From contig CAWJET010000002.1 of assembly GCA_963842085.1 (NCBI GenBank), positions 960,001 to 1,024,000 on the forward strand: a DNA stretch of 64,000 nt, read 5' to 3'. The position numbers and the translations under genes were made by a program. Under the pieces are notes generated by a model, which made no database searches, was not told the DNA's origin, and saw only the letters and a program-made list of their open reading frames with translations. Positions 17,010-27,319 of the stretch are shown piece by piece. Source of the DNA: an uncultured delta proteobacterium. Lineage in GTDB: Bacteria > Desulfobacterota > Binatia > Binatales > Binataceae. Position 1 is the first letter of the stretch. Every line of letters begins with the position of its first letter.

Positions 17010-18290
17010 CTAATCCAGATGCTTGCGCAGGAAGGTCGGGATGTCGAGCTTGTCGTCGCCGTCGAGCAGCGAATTCGGCTCGAGCTTCTCGCCCTCCGCC
17101 AGGCCCGCATCCTCACCGCGCCGTCTGAACGCCGGGATGTCGAGCGAACTGTCATCGACGACCAGCCCCATCCTGCGCACCGGCTTGTTGCCCGGGAACA
17201 TCCTTACCTGCCCGGGCTGCGCGGCCGGCGCCGGCTGCTTGACTTCCATCGGGTCGACCGGCCGCGTCGAGGCCGCCGCGATCGGCGTGGTGACGGGCGC
17301 GCCCGACGGCGAGTAGCGCGGCGAACTTCGGTCGAGGTCGCCGAACCCGGTCGCGATAACCGTGACGCGAATCTCGTCGGACATCGCGTCGTCGATCACC
17401 GCGCCGAATATGATGTTCGCGTCCTCGTGCGCCTCTTCCTGGATCAGGCTCGCCGCTTCGTTCACTTCGTACAGCGCCATGTCGGAACCGCCGGTCACGT
17501 TGATCAGCAGGCCACGCGCGCCCTTGATCGAGACGTCCTCGAGCAGCGGGCTCGAGATCGCGCGCTGCGCCGCCTCGACTGCGCGATTCTCGCCGGCCGC
17601 GGTGGCCGCGCCCATCATCGCCATGCCCATCTCGGCCATGATCGAGCGCACGTCGGCAAAATCCAGGTTGATTAGCCCGTGCACCGTGACCAGCTCGGAA
17701 ATTCCACGGACGGCTTGCAGCAGTACGTCGTCGGCCTTTTGGAACGATTCCTTGAGCGAGGTATTTTTGCTCGCGACCGAGAGCAGGCGCTGATTGGGAA
17801 TCGTGATCAGCGTATCGACCGCGTTCTTCAGCTCGCGCAGACCTTCTTCGGCCTGCGCCATGCGGCGGCGCCCTTCGAACTGGAACGGCTTGGTCACGAC
17901 GCCAACGGTCAGCGCTCCGATCTCGCGCGCGATACGCGCAATCACCGGCGCAGAGCCGGTTCCGGTGCCGCCGCCCATTCCGGCGGTCACGAACACCATC
18001 TCCGCTTCGGACAGGATTTCGCGGATCCGCTCCTCGTCTTCGAGCGCGGCCTTGCGTCCGATTTCCGGATTGCCGCCGGTGCCGCGTCCCCGCGTGATAT
18101 CGTCGCCAATCTGCACGCGCAGCGGCGCGTGGTTATTCTGCAGCGCCTGGATGTCGGTATTCACGGCGATGAAATCGACGTTGCGCAGCCCCACATTGAT
18201 CATGTGGTTGACTGCATTACCGCCGCATCCGCCAGCACCGATTACCTTGATCCTCGCGCCCGGGTCGGGATTACTCACCAACTCAATCAT
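17010..18290 (-). CDS. ftsZ: Cell division protein FtsZ
   Basis: [31 protein letters not shown] and C-terminal LDIPTFLRK. Confidence 0.98.
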   Translation of the reverse strand: MIELVSNPDPGARIKVIGAGGCGGNAVNHMINVGLRNVDFIAVNTDIQALQNNHAPLRVQIGDDITRGRGTGGNPEIGRKAALEDEERIREILSEAEMVFVTAGMGGGTGTGSAPVIARIAREIGALTVGVVTKPFQFEGRRRMAQAEEGLRELKNAVDTLITIPNQRLLSVASKNTSLKESFQKADDVLLQAVRGISELVTVHGLINLDFADVRSIMAEMGMAMMGAATAAGENRAVEAAQRAISSPLLEDVSIKGARGLLINVTGGSDMALYEVNEAASLIQEEAHEDANIIFGAVIDDAMSDEIRVTVIATGFGDLDRSSPRYSPSGAPVTTPIAAASTRPVDPMEVKQPAPAAQPGQVRMFPGNKPVRRMGLVVDDSSLDIPAFRRRGEDAGLAEGEKLEPNSLLDGDDKLDIPTFLRKHLD

Positions 18291-18358
18291 TACAGATCCT
18301 CCTCCACCACCTACCGGCAAAGTTTGTTGCCCAATTAATTTCTTGTTCCGCCGACTTC

Positions 18359-19576
18359 TCAAAAGAAGTCCCTCACCCAATCGCTAAGCCGCGAACGCAG
18401 CCGTCCCAGCCGCCTCGTCCTTCCGACGCCGTTGCCAACTCCGTCCGCCGCGCTCTGGTACAGCAGCAAGCCCGCCGCCGTCGTATACATCGGCTTCATC
18501 AGTTCTTCCGGCAGTCCCTTCAGGTTGATCGGAAGTCCGCGCCGCACCGGCACGCCGAAGATGCGCTCGGCCAGCTCCTGCGTGCCCTCCAGCAGCGAGG
18601 TGCCTCCGACCAGCACCACACCCGAGGCCAAGCCGTCCGACACGCCCGAGCGCAGCAGCTCGCGCTGCACCATCGTGAAAATCTCTTCCATCCGCGGCTC
18701 GACGATTTCCCCGAGCAACCGACGCGCGATCACCCGCGGCTCGCGCCCGCCAACGCCCGGCACCTGCACCATCTCGTCGCGGCGCACAACCTGGTTGGTC
18801 GCCACGCCGAACGTGACCTTGAGCCGCTCCGCTTCGGAAATGGGAGTGCGCAATCCCGCCGCGATGTCGCTGGTAAGATGATTCCCGCCAATCGGGAGCA
18901 CCGCGGTATGCATCACCGCGCCGCCATGGAACACGATGATATCGGTGGTGCCGCCGCCAACGTCGATTAGCGCAACACCCAGCTCGCGTTCCTCCGGAAA
19001 TAGCGCCGCATCCGCCGACGCCAGCGGCTGGAAAACCATCTCCGACGGCGTCACGCCCGCGCGCTCGCAGCACTTGGTTAGATTCTGTCCGTAGCTCTGC
19101 GCCGCGGTGACGATGTGGATGCGCGCTTCCAGGCGCACGCCCGCCATCCCGTACGGCTCGCGCACGCCCTCCTGCTCGTCGACCGCGAATTGCTGCGGCA
19201 GGATGTGCAGCACCTGCCGATCGAGCGGGATTGCGACCGCGCGCGCCGCATCGATCACTCGATCGACGTCGCGCGAACTTACTTCGCCGCCGCGCACTGC
19301 GACGATCCCGTGGCTGTTGAGGCCCTTGATATGCGGCCCCGCGACGCCGACCACGGCCGAGCCCACGCGCACGCCGGAAGTTTTCTCAGCTTCCTCGACC
19401 GCCGCGCGGATCGCATCGACCGTCGCCTCGATATTCACCACCACGCCCTTGCGCAGCCCTGTGCATGGCGCGATCCCGAAGCCGAGCGTTGCCAACTGGC
19501 CGTCGGGCAGCGACTCGCCGACGATGGCGCACACTTTGCTGGTGCCGACGTCCAATCCGGTGAGCAGATTTCTCAT
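18359..19576 (-). CDS. ftsA: Cell division protein FtsA
   Basis: [30 protein letters not shown] and position upstream of ftsZ. Confidence 0.97.
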   Translation of the reverse strand: MRNLLTGLDVGTSKVCAIVGESLPDGQLATLGFGIAPCTGLRKGVVVNIEATVDAIRAAVEEAEKTSGVRVGSAVVGVAGPHIKGLNSHGIVAVRGGEVSSRDVDRVIDAARAVAIPLDRQVLHILPQQFAVDEQEGVREPYGMAGVRLEARIHIVTAAQSYGQNLTKCCERAGVTPSEMVFQPLASADAALFPEERELGVALIDVGGGTTDIIVFHGGAVMHTAVLPIGGNHLTSDIAAGLRTPISEAERLKVTFGVATNQVVRRDEMVQVPGVGGREPRVIARRLLGEIVEPRMEEIFTMVQRELLRSGVSDGLASGVVLVGGTSLLEGTQELAERIFGVPVRRGLPINLKGLPEELMKPMYTTAAGLLLYQSAADGVGNGVGRTRRLGRLRSRLSDWVRDFF

Positions 19577-20367
19577 CGCGTCATGGACTCCCCGGCCGGT
19601 TGGAATGAAACTCCCCGGATCCCGCTCTTGTGCTTCGCGTGGCTGCCCTCGCCTTCGTGCAGGCGTACAACGGCCAGCCCCGGCGTGGTCAAGTCGAGTG
19701 CGGCGATCAGGTTTTCACGCCCCTGCCATTTTTGACGCACCTTGATCGCGCGCTGAATTTCGGTCGTTGCGCGATCGAGATCGATCACCACTTCGGTACG
19801 CTCGCGTTCCAGGAACAGCGACGCCGTGCCGTCATCGCCAACTCGCATCTCGGAGATGATTTCGGACAGTTGCGTCTCCGCGCGCACCAGCACCGCCGCG
19901 TAGTCGACCATCTGCGTCCCGCGCGTGTTGTCGAGCGCTGCGCCGCTCAGCACCGGCAGATCGCCCTGCTTGCCGGGAGAGACGGGCCCGCGCAGCTCGC
20001 CGCCGCGGAACAGTTCGTAAAAGCCGTCGCACCGCTCGACGATCGCGATTGCTCCTTCGCGCATATCCCCCGCAGAGATCGCCGCTGTCCCGGGTCCGTG
20101 GCCGGCGCGATGGTAAATTCCCGCGCGACCTGCCCACTCGACCAGGACGGCGGAGTAGCCCGCGACGGCGGTGCGCGCGGGCGCCAGTGCATCGATGATT
20201 TGATCGCGATATGAGCTGAGACTTGCGGATGCTCTGAGCGTGACTGCGCGGCCGGTGGTGCTGAATCCGGTCATCACGCCCAACGCAAAAAAGGCGCACA
20301 CGACCAAGCCGCCCAACCGCGGGCTCCATCCGGCCACCGCCTTATTTCCGCCCTTGCGAACCGCCAC
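19573..20367 (-). CDS. ftsQ: FtsQ/DivIB-like protein (atypical)
   Basis: Single N-terminal TM, DLPVLSG and C-terminal LDLT...VVR; canonical position before ftsA. Confidence 0.65.
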   Translation of the reverse strand: MAVRKGGNKAVAGWSPRLGGLVVCAFFALGVMTGFSTTGRAVTLRASASLSSYRDQIIDALAPARTAVAGYSAVLVEWAGRAGIYHRAGHGPGTAAISAGDMREGAIAIVERCDGFYELFRGGELRGPVSPGKQGDLPVLSGAALDNTRGTQMVDYAAVLVRAETQLSEIISEMRVGDDGTASLFLERERTEVVIDLDRATTEIQRAIKVRQKWQGRENLIAALDLTTPGLAVVRLHEGEGSHAKHKSGIRGVSFQPAGESMTR

Positions 20368-20387
20368 CCCGCCACCTCAACCGCGCG

Positions 20388-21290
20388 TCACCAGTCGCCG
20401 ACCAGCCTAACCTCCGGTTCAAGCCAGACGCCGCTCTGTTCCTTGACCTTGATCCGCGCCATCTCGATTAGCGCGCGCACTTCCGCGGCCTGTGCGCCGC
20501 CAAGATTCACGATAAAATTCGCATGCTGATCCGAAAACGCAACGCCGCCGAGGCGCGTGCCCTTAAGACCCGCGCCCTCGAGCAGCTTGCCTGCGAAATT
20601 CCCGGGCGGATTTTTGAAGATCGATCCCGCGTTGGGCACGCCCCGCGGCTGCCGCGCCGCCCGCTTCGCTTTCAGCTCCGCAACGCGCGCCATCAACTGC
20701 CCGCGATCGCCGCGAGCAAGCTCGAAATCGACGCGCGTGATTACGAAATGCGCCGGCAACTCGGTGCGCCTGTATGCGAACTTTACTTCGTCCCTGGTCA
20801 GCGCGAGCGCCTCGCCGGCCTCGGTGACGCCATGCACCAGCGTCACCACCCTGGCGATTTCGCCGCCGAACGCGCCCGCGTTCATCACCAGTCCGCCCCC
20901 GACGGTGCCGGGAATACCCTCGCCGAATTCGAGCCCCTCGAGACCCCGATCGACCACTGCCTGGACCAGCGCGCCGAACGCGGCAGCAGCGCCCGCAACG
21001 ACTTTCGTGCCGTCAATTTCTATTTTCGCAAAGCCGTCGCCGAGCCTCACCACCAGCCCTCGCATTCCGCGATCGCTAACCAGCAGGTTGGTCCCCGCGC
21101 CAAGGCAGAAGCACGGCACGCCCGCGCGATACGCCGCCGCCTTCGCATGCATCAGCTCGGCTTCGTCCTCGACGGCGACGAACAAGTCCGCCGGGCCGCC
21201 GATTCGAAATGAGGTCAGCTCCGCCAGCGGCATCGCCGCGCGGACTCGCCCGCCAAATCTCGCGAGCAGCTCGGCCTCAAGCGCCTTCAT
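20388..21290 (-). CDS. murB: UDP-N-acetylenolpyruvoylglucosamine reductase
   Basis: TSFRIGGPA, GAGTNLLVSD, GIPGTVGG..MNAGA, AGSIFKNP and HANFIVN. Confidence 0.97.
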   Translation of the reverse strand: MKALEAELLARFGGRVRAAMPLAELTSFRIGGPADLFVAVEDEAELMHAKAAAYRAGVPCFCLGAGTNLLVSDRGMRGLVVRLGDGFAKIEIDGTKVVAGAAAAFGALVQAVVDRGLEGLEFGEGIPGTVGGGLVMNAGAFGGEIARVVTLVHGVTEAGEALALTRDEVKFAYRRTELPAHFVITRVDFELARGDRGQLMARVAELKAKRAARQPRGVPNAGSIFKNPPGNFAGKLLEGAGLKGTRLGGVAFSDQHANFIVNLGGAQAAEVRALIEMARIKVKEQSGVWLEPEVRLVGDW

Positions 21291-22707
21291 GAACCTTGAC
21301 CTCGGCGCTGAGTGCGTCCAGTATTTCGCCGCCCGTCTTGTAGATATCGCCCGCCCCCAGAGTCGCGATCACATCGCCTGAGCGCGAGCCTGACGCGATT
21401 CGCGCCGCAGGATCTTGCTCGGCGCCCAGGTAATGCACCTCGAGATGCCCGCGCGCGTGCAGCGCCTCGTACAGACGCCGCGAAGAGACGTCGGCAATCG
21501 GCTCCTCGCCGGCCGGATACACGTCAAGCAGGTAGAGCACGTCGGCATCGTCGAACGCCGACAGAAAATCGTCGAACAAATCGCGCAGCCGCGTATATCG
21601 ATGCGGCTGGAAGACCGCTACCACGCGGCGCTTGAACGACGCGCGCACGGCGGCCAGAGTCGCGCGCACTTCGGCCGGATGGTGCGCGTAGTCGTCGAGC
21701 ACGATCCGTCCCGCCGCTTCGCCCTTGATCTCGAAGCGCCGGCTGATTCCCCCGAACTTCGCCAACGCCGCCGCCGCACGCTCGAAACTGATTCCAACTT
21801 CCATCGCGACCGCGAGCGCCGCGAGCGAGTTCATCGCAACATGCACACCCGGCGTCGGGATAGTCACGCGCCCAAGATGCTCCCCCTTGCGGAGCACCTC
21901 GAAGCGCGTCGAAAGATCGTCGATCACGATTTTCTCGGCGCGCAGATCCGCGTCCTGCGCGATGCCGTACGTCACCATCGGCTTGCGAATCGACTCCATC
22001 AGGCCGCGCACGTTCACATTGTCGATTCCAAGCACGGCCACGCCGTAAAACGGCACGCGATTGATAAAGTCCGCAAACGCCTGCCGCACGCGATCCATCG
22101 TGCCGTAATGATCGAGATGTTCCGGATCGATATTGGTCACCACCGCGATCGTGGGGATCAGCAGCAGGAACGACGCGTCGCTCTCGTCGGCCTCTGCCAC
22201 CATGAAGTCGCCGCGCCCCAATCGAACGTTGCTGCCGATATTGCGAATATTTCCGCCGACCGCGACGGTCGGATCGAGGTCTGCCTCTTCCATGATCAGC
22301 GCGATAAGGCCCGTCGTGGTCGTCTTGCCGTGAGTGCCGGCGACCGCCACACCGACCTTCGCCATCCGCAGCAACTCGCCGAGCATCTCGGCCCGCGCGA
22401 TCACCGGAATCTTCATCTCGCGTGCGCGTGCAACTTCAGGATTGGAAAATTTTATCGCTGACGAGATCACCACGGCGTCGATCCCGCCGTCGTCCTTCAG
22501 ATGCGCCGGATGATGGCCCTGGCTGATTTCCGCACCGAGCGACGCGAGCCGGGTAATCGCCGCCGAAGGTTTCAGATCGCATCCGCTGACGCGCATCCCG
22601 AGCTTCAGGCACAGCTCGGCGATTCCGCTCATGCCGGCGCCGCCGATTCCGACGAAATGCAGCCGACGCTGGCGAGTCAACAGACCATTTGCGTGCAATT
22701 CACTCAC
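21277..22707 (-). CDS. murC: UDP-N-acetylmuramate--L-alanine ligase
   Basis: HFVGIGGAGMSG, AGTHGKTTTT, EADESD, DDYAHHP and FQPHRYTR. Confidence 0.98.
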   Translation of the reverse strand: MSELHANGLLTRQRRLHFVGIGGAGMSGIAELCLKLGMRVSGCDLKPSAAITRLASLGAEISQGHHPAHLKDDGGIDAVVISSAIKFSNPEVARAREMKIPVIARAEMLGELLRMAKVGVAVAGTHGKTTTTGLIALIMEEADLDPTVAVGGNIRNIGSNVRLGRGDFMVAEADESDASFLLLIPTIAVVTNIDPEHLDHYGTMDRVRQAFADFINRVPFYGVAVLGIDNVNVRGLMESIRKPMVTYGIAQDADLRAEKIVIDDLSTRFEVLRKGEHLGRVTIPTPGVHVAMNSLAALAVAMEVGISFERAAAALAKFGGISRRFEIKGEAAGRIVLDDYAHHPAEVRATLAAVRASFKRRVVAVFQPHRYTRLRDLFDDFLSAFDDADVLYLLDVYPAGEEPIADVSSRRLYEALHARGHLEVHYLGAEQDPAARIASGSRSGDVIATLGAGDIYKTGGEILDALSAEVKVHEGA

Positions 22708-23786
22708 GCTGCCGCTTGCTCCGCAACTTCAAAACAAATTCTCGCTACGTGGCGAGCGGCGTCGGGATGCGCCTCCTGATGCGCCCGCAGACCCATCTCG
22801 TCCAGCCGCGCCGGATTCCGCATCAGCGCGTCGAGTTCGCGTGCGAGATTTGACGCAAGCTGGCCGTCGTCGCGAACTATTATTGCTCCACCGCGCTTTT
22901 CAATCACGCGCGCGTTGTGCACTTGCTGCAAATCCTTGTGGAAGGGATACGGCACGAAAATAGCCGCACGCGCGCCAAGAGCAATGTCTGTGACAGTCAT
23001 CGCACCTGAGCGCGCGATAACCAGATCGGCGCGATGCAGCGCGTCGGCCATGTCGTCGATAAACGGCACCACCTCTGCCGCGAACCCGATTTCGCGGTAT
23101 GCACTCCTCACCAACTCCTCATCCGCCTCCCCGGTTTGGTGGACAACGTGCAAATTTATAACACTTTTTCCGTAGATTTTGAAAGCCCCTACGACGCCAA
23201 CGTTAAGGCGATGCGCTCCCGATGAACCGCCTAAAACAAGGATTTGTAATTGATCGCCCTCACGCCTCGATCGGTCAGGCTGGTATTGGAACCGGGTCGG
23301 ATTACCTGTCACCGCAACTTTAGAAGGAGTGAAATAACCCTCAGTGTCGCTAAAGCCGACGCATATCTTTTCGGCGAATCTCGACATCATTCGATTGGCC
23401 AAACCGGGACGCGTGTTCTGTTCCATCAGCACCAGCGGCGTCCGCGTCAGGATCGCCGCCGCGCCCATCGAGGCCGACGCATAACCGCCGGCGCTCACCA
23501 CGATGCTCGGACGAAACCGCCTGACCAGCGAGGTTGCCAGTCCAATCGCGCGAATGAATTCCACCGACGCGCGCGCCCGCTCAAGAGCGCTATGCCCGCG
23601 AATTCCGTGCGTCTCGAACAGCTCGTACCTGTACCCGCTCTTCGGCAGCCACTTCGCCTCGAGGCCCGCGCTGGTGCCGACGAACAGCACCTCGATGCCG
23701 GGACGCTCGCGAATCATTTCCTCGCCCAGCGCGACCGCCGGAAAAAGATGCCCGCCCGTGCCGCCGCCTGCGATTATCACCTTCAT
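22704..23786 (-). CDS. murG: MurG GlcNAc transferase
   Basis: AGGGTGGHLFP, EQN, TGNP, GGSSGA and RSGAMT; start ATG 23786. Confidence 0.97.
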   Translation of the reverse strand: MKVIIAGGGTGGHLFPAVALGEEMIRERPGIEVLFVGTSAGLEAKWLPKSGYRYELFETHGIRGHSALERARASVEFIRAIGLATSLVRRFRPSIVVSAGGYASASMGAAAILTRTPLVLMEQNTRPGLANRMMSRFAEKICVGFSDTEGYFTPSKVAVTGNPTRFQYQPDRSRREGDQLQILVLGGSSGAHRLNVGVVGAFKIYGKSVINLHVVHQTGEADEELVRSAYREIGFAAEVVPFIDDMADALHRADLVIARSGAMTVTDIALGARAAIFVPYPFHKDLQQVHNARVIEKRGGAIIVRDDGQLASNLARELDALMRNPARLDEMGLRAHQEAHPDAARHVARICFEVAEQAAA

Positions 23787-24931
23787 CGCACCGCCGGCCG
23801 GCGCCCGAGCGCGAGTAGCGCGCCCAACGCCGCCATCGCGATGATGATCGAAGTGCCGCCGTAGCTCAGGAAGGGCAGCGGCAGTCCCTTCGTCGGGATC
23901 AGCCCAATCACCACCGACATGTTGATCAACGCTTGAATCGAGAGCAGCGCGGTCAGTCCCACCGCGAGCAGGCTCGCGAACGGGTCGGGCTCGTCGTGCG
24001 CGATTCGCATCCCCCGAAACAGGATCACCAGGAACAGCGCGATCACGACTGCCGCGCCGATCAGCCCGAACTCCTCGCCAACCACCGCGAACACAAAGTC
24101 CGTGTGCGCCTCCGGCAGGTAGAACATCTTCTGGCGTCCCGCGCCGAGACCCACGCCCCATTTGCCGCCTTCGCCGAGCGCGATGAAAGATTGCACCAGC
24201 TGAAAGCCGGCGCCGCGCGCGACCGACCACGGATCGAGAAACGTCGTCAGCCGCTTCATGCGGTACGACTTCGCCACCGCTTGGAACGCCAGCAGGCCGA
24301 GCGCCCCGCCGCCGGCAGTCGCGAGATGCTGCCAGCGCGCGCCCGCGGCCCACAACATCGCGAACAAGATAAGCGCGATCATCACGGTGCTGCCGAAGTC
24401 CGGCTGCTTGAGAATCAAGAGCGCGATCGGTCCGACGATCAGAAATACCGCCAGCGGTCCATGCGCGAACTCGCGGATCCGCTCCTGCCGCTTGCTCAGG
24501 AACTTGGCGAGGAAAAACACCAGCGCGAATTTCACCAGTTCCGACGGTTCCGCAATCACCGGTCCCAGCCTGAGCCAGCGCCGCGCACCGCCTCTCACCA
24601 GCCCGAGGCCCGGGACGTAGAGCAGCGCCAGCATCGCGAGCGACAGGATAAACAACGGCATCACTATTCGACGCAGACCGGCCAGCGAGAACTGCGAGAG
24701 AATCATCAGGAAGACGAAACCGACAATGATGTGCGCCAGCTGCAGCTTAAAGAAATGGAACGCGTCGCCTTTTTTCTCGATACCGAGAAAGTACGTGGTG
24801 TTGAGCACCATCAGCAAACCGAGCAGCAGCAGCACCGCCGCCGGCAGCCACAGCCACGGGTCGGGGCGCCGGTAGCTGACCGCGTCAAAGCGCCCGAACC
24901 AGCTCTTTATATACCTTGCCGCGTTCCGCAT
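23783..24931 (-). CDS. ftsW: FtsW (SEDS) peptidoglycan polymerase
   Basis: GARRW, EPSELVK, QPDFG, YLPEAHTDF and KGLPLPFLSYGG; start uncertain. Confidence 0.95.
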   Translation of the reverse strand: MRNAARYIKSWFGRFDAVSYRRPDPWLWLPAAVLLLLGLLMVLNTTYFLGIEKKGDAFHFFKLQLAHIIVGFVFLMILSQFSLAGLRRIVMPLFILSLAMLALLYVPGLGLVRGGARRWLRLGPVIAEPSELVKFALVFFLAKFLSKRQERIREFAHGPLAVFLIVGPIALLILKQPDFGSTVMIALILFAMLWAAGARWQHLATAGGGALGLLAFQAVAKSYRMKRLTTFLDPWSVARGAGFQLVQSFIALGEGGKWGVGLGAGRQKMFYLPEAHTDFVFAVVGEEFGLIGAAVVIALFLVILFRGMRIAHDEPDPFASLLAVGLTALLSIQALINMSVVIGLIPTKGLPLPFLSYGGTSIIIAMAALGALLALGRRPAVR

Positions 24932-26222
24932 AGTCCTTGAATTGATCGAAGCTTGAGCATGCCGGCGACAGCAGCACCGTGTCGCCCGGGCGCGCGACGC
25001 GCGCCGCATGCTCGACCGCCTCAGCCAGGGTCGCCACCGTTTCGATCCGCGTCGCACCTTCGAGCGCCGCCGCCATCTTGTCGCGCGCCGCGCCGTTGAA
25101 AATCGCAAGCTTGACCTTCTCGCCGAGCGGCCGTTTGAGCGGCGCGTAATCTCCGCCCTTGTCGAGACCGCCAGCGATCAGAATTATCGGTGGTGCGAGA
25201 GCGTCGAGCGCCTCGACCACCGCGCCGACGTTGGTTCCCTTCGAATCGTCGATATAAGTCACGCCGCCGCGTTCGTGTACGACTTCGATGCGATGCGGCA
25301 GCCCGCGAAATGACCCGAGCGCGCGTTCGATTTCCTCGGGATCGACGCCCAGCGCGAGCGACGCCGCCGACGCCGCCATCGCATTGGAGATGTTGTGCCG
25401 TCCGCGCAGCCGAAATCCTTCGAGGCTGATTCGTCCGCGACGCCCGCCGTCGAAATCAAAGTCGAAAACGATCGCGTTCGCGCGATCGTCGAACCAGAGC
25501 GACGCCCCCCGCTCAACGCGCGCGTGCCCAAAGGCGATCACCCGCGAGCGCAGTTTCTTCGCGAGCTTCCACACATTGGGATCGTCGCGATTCAGAATTG
25601 CGTAGTCCGGCGCCTGCTGGTTTTCGAACAAGCGCGCCTTCGCGCGCCCGTAGTCCGCGAGATCGCGATAGCGATCAAAGTGATCGTCGCTCAGATTAAG
25701 ATGCACGCCGGCGTGCGGGCGGAATTTTTCGATCCACTCGAGCTGGAAACTCGACACCTCGACGACCGCGACGTCCCACTGGCCGCCAACCGCGTCGATT
25801 AGCGGCGTGCCGAGGTTGCCGCCGACGAACGTGCGCCGCCCCGCTGCCTTCAAAATCTCGCCGAGCAGCACGACGACCGTGCTCTTGCCGTTGGTGCCGG
25901 TGACCGCAGCGATTGGCGCGTCGAGAAAGCGGCCGGCCAGTTCGATTTCGCCGATTACCGGAATTCGCCGGCTGATCGCGGCACGCAACAGAATCGATTC
26001 GCGTGGCACGCCCGGACTGGTGACGACCAGCTCGACGTCGTCCACCCAGCTTGCGTCTTCCGCTCCCAGCTTCACCGCGCCCGCCGGCAGTTTGCTGCGC
26101 TCGAGGTCAACGCGCCGATCCGTCATCAGGAGTCTGGCGCCGCGCGAGGCAAGGAACCGCGCCGCGGCGATTCCGCTGACTCCAAGTCCCACTACCATCA
26201 CGCGTTTGCCCGATAGTTCCAT
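24885..26222 (-). CDS. murD: UDP-MurNAc-L-Ala--D-glutamate ligase
   Basis: GLGVSG, TGTNGKST, EVSSFQL, DDSKGTN and LSPACSSFDQF. Confidence 0.97.
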   Translation of the reverse strand: MELSGKRVMVVGLGVSGIAAARFLASRGARLLMTDRRVDLERSKLPAGAVKLGAEDASWVDDVELVVTSPGVPRESILLRAAISRRIPVIGEIELAGRFLDAPIAAVTGTNGKSTVVVLLGEILKAAGRRTFVGGNLGTPLIDAVGGQWDVAVVEVSSFQLEWIEKFRPHAGVHLNLSDDHFDRYRDLADYGRAKARLFENQQAPDYAILNRDDPNVWKLAKKLRSRVIAFGHARVERGASLWFDDRANAIVFDFDFDGGRRGRISLEGFRLRGRHNISNAMAASAASLALGVDPEEIERALGSFRGLPHRIEVVHERGGVTYIDDSKGTNVGAVVEALDALAPPIILIAGGLDKGGDYAPLKRPLGEKVKLAIFNGAARDKMAAALEGATRIETVATLAEAVEHAARVARPGDTVLLSPACSSFDQFKDYAERGKVYKELVRAL

Positions 26223-27301
26223 CAACGCAGCTTCAACGTACTTAGCGCGACCAGCGCACACACGATCGAAACGATCCAGAATCTGATCACGACCACGGTT
26301 TCGGGAATGCCCTTGAGTTCGAAATGATGGTGCAGCGGCGCCATCAGGAAAAACCGCTTGTGCGTCGCCTTGAAATAGTAGCGCTGAATAATCGTTGACG
26401 CCGCCTCCGCGACGAACACTCCGCCCGCAATGACCAGCGCGAGTTCCTGCTTGGCCAGCACCGCGACCGTGCCGATCGCGCCGCCCAGTGAGAGCGCGCC
26501 GACGTCGCCCATCATCATCGAAGCCGGGTACGCGTTGAACCACAGGAAACCGAGCGACGCCGCAATCACCGACATGCAGAAAATTGCAACCTCGCCGACG
26601 TTCGCGATGTACGGTATCTGCAGATACGTCGCGAGTTTGATATTGCCGGCGGCGTAGGTGAACACCCAGTAGGTGGCCGCCACCGTCATCACCGGCCCAA
26701 TCGCCAGCCCGTCGAGTCCGTCGGTCAGGTTCACCGCGTGCGAGCATCCCACGATAACCAGCATCGCGAACGGGATGTAAAACCACCAGTGCAAATCGGG
26801 ATGCACGTTCTTGAGGAACGGCACGGTCAGATGGGTGTCGAAGCCGAGATACAGAAACAACCACGCCGCCGCGATGAACGCGCACGAGAACGACCACGCC
26901 AGCTTCGCCGGGCCGCTGAGTCCCAGCCCTTTGCCGCGGGTGAGCTTGAAGTAATCGTCGCTGAAGCCGATCGCGCCGAAGGCCAGGGTCACGAAGATCG
27001 CGATCCAGACGTAGGGATTCAAGATGTTGGCGAGCAGCAGCGTCGCCGCCAGCATCGAGGCCACGATCAGCAGACCGCCCATCGTCGGCGTGCCCGCTTT
27101 CTTCTGATGCGCCTGCGGAACGACTTCGCGGATCGTCTGCCCGATATTCAGCGCGCGGAATCGATCGATCAGAATGGGTCCCAGAGCCAACGAAAGTGCC
27201 AGCGCCGCCAGCCCGGCCAGGACCGAGCGCAGCGTCTCGTACCTGAGCGCGTTGAAGCCGGAGTAATATTTGTGCAGGGGGTAGAGCAGCAGGTAGAGCA
27301 T
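26222..27301 (-). CDS. mraY: Phospho-N-acetylmuramoyl-pentapeptide transferase
   Basis: KAGTPTMGG, VNLTDGLDGLA, MGDVG and MAPLHHHFE. Confidence 0.98.
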   Translation of the reverse strand: MLYLLLYPLHKYYSGFNALRYETLRSVLAGLAALALSLALGPILIDRFRALNIGQTIREVVPQAHQKKAGTPTMGGLLIVASMLAATLLLANILNPYVWIAIFVTLAFGAIGFSDDYFKLTRGKGLGLSGPAKLAWSFSCAFIAAAWLFLYLGFDTHLTVPFLKNVHPDLHWWFYIPFAMLVIVGCSHAVNLTDGLDGLAIGPVMTVAATYWVFTYAAGNIKLATYLQIPYIANVGEVAIFCMSVIAASLGFLWFNAYPASMMMGDVGALSLGGAIGTVAVLAKQELALVIAGGVFVAEAASTIIQRYYFKATHKRFFLMAPLHHHFELKGIPETVVVIRFWIVSIVCALVALSTLKLR

Positions 27302-27319
27302 CGCGGCGCTCGCCGAATC

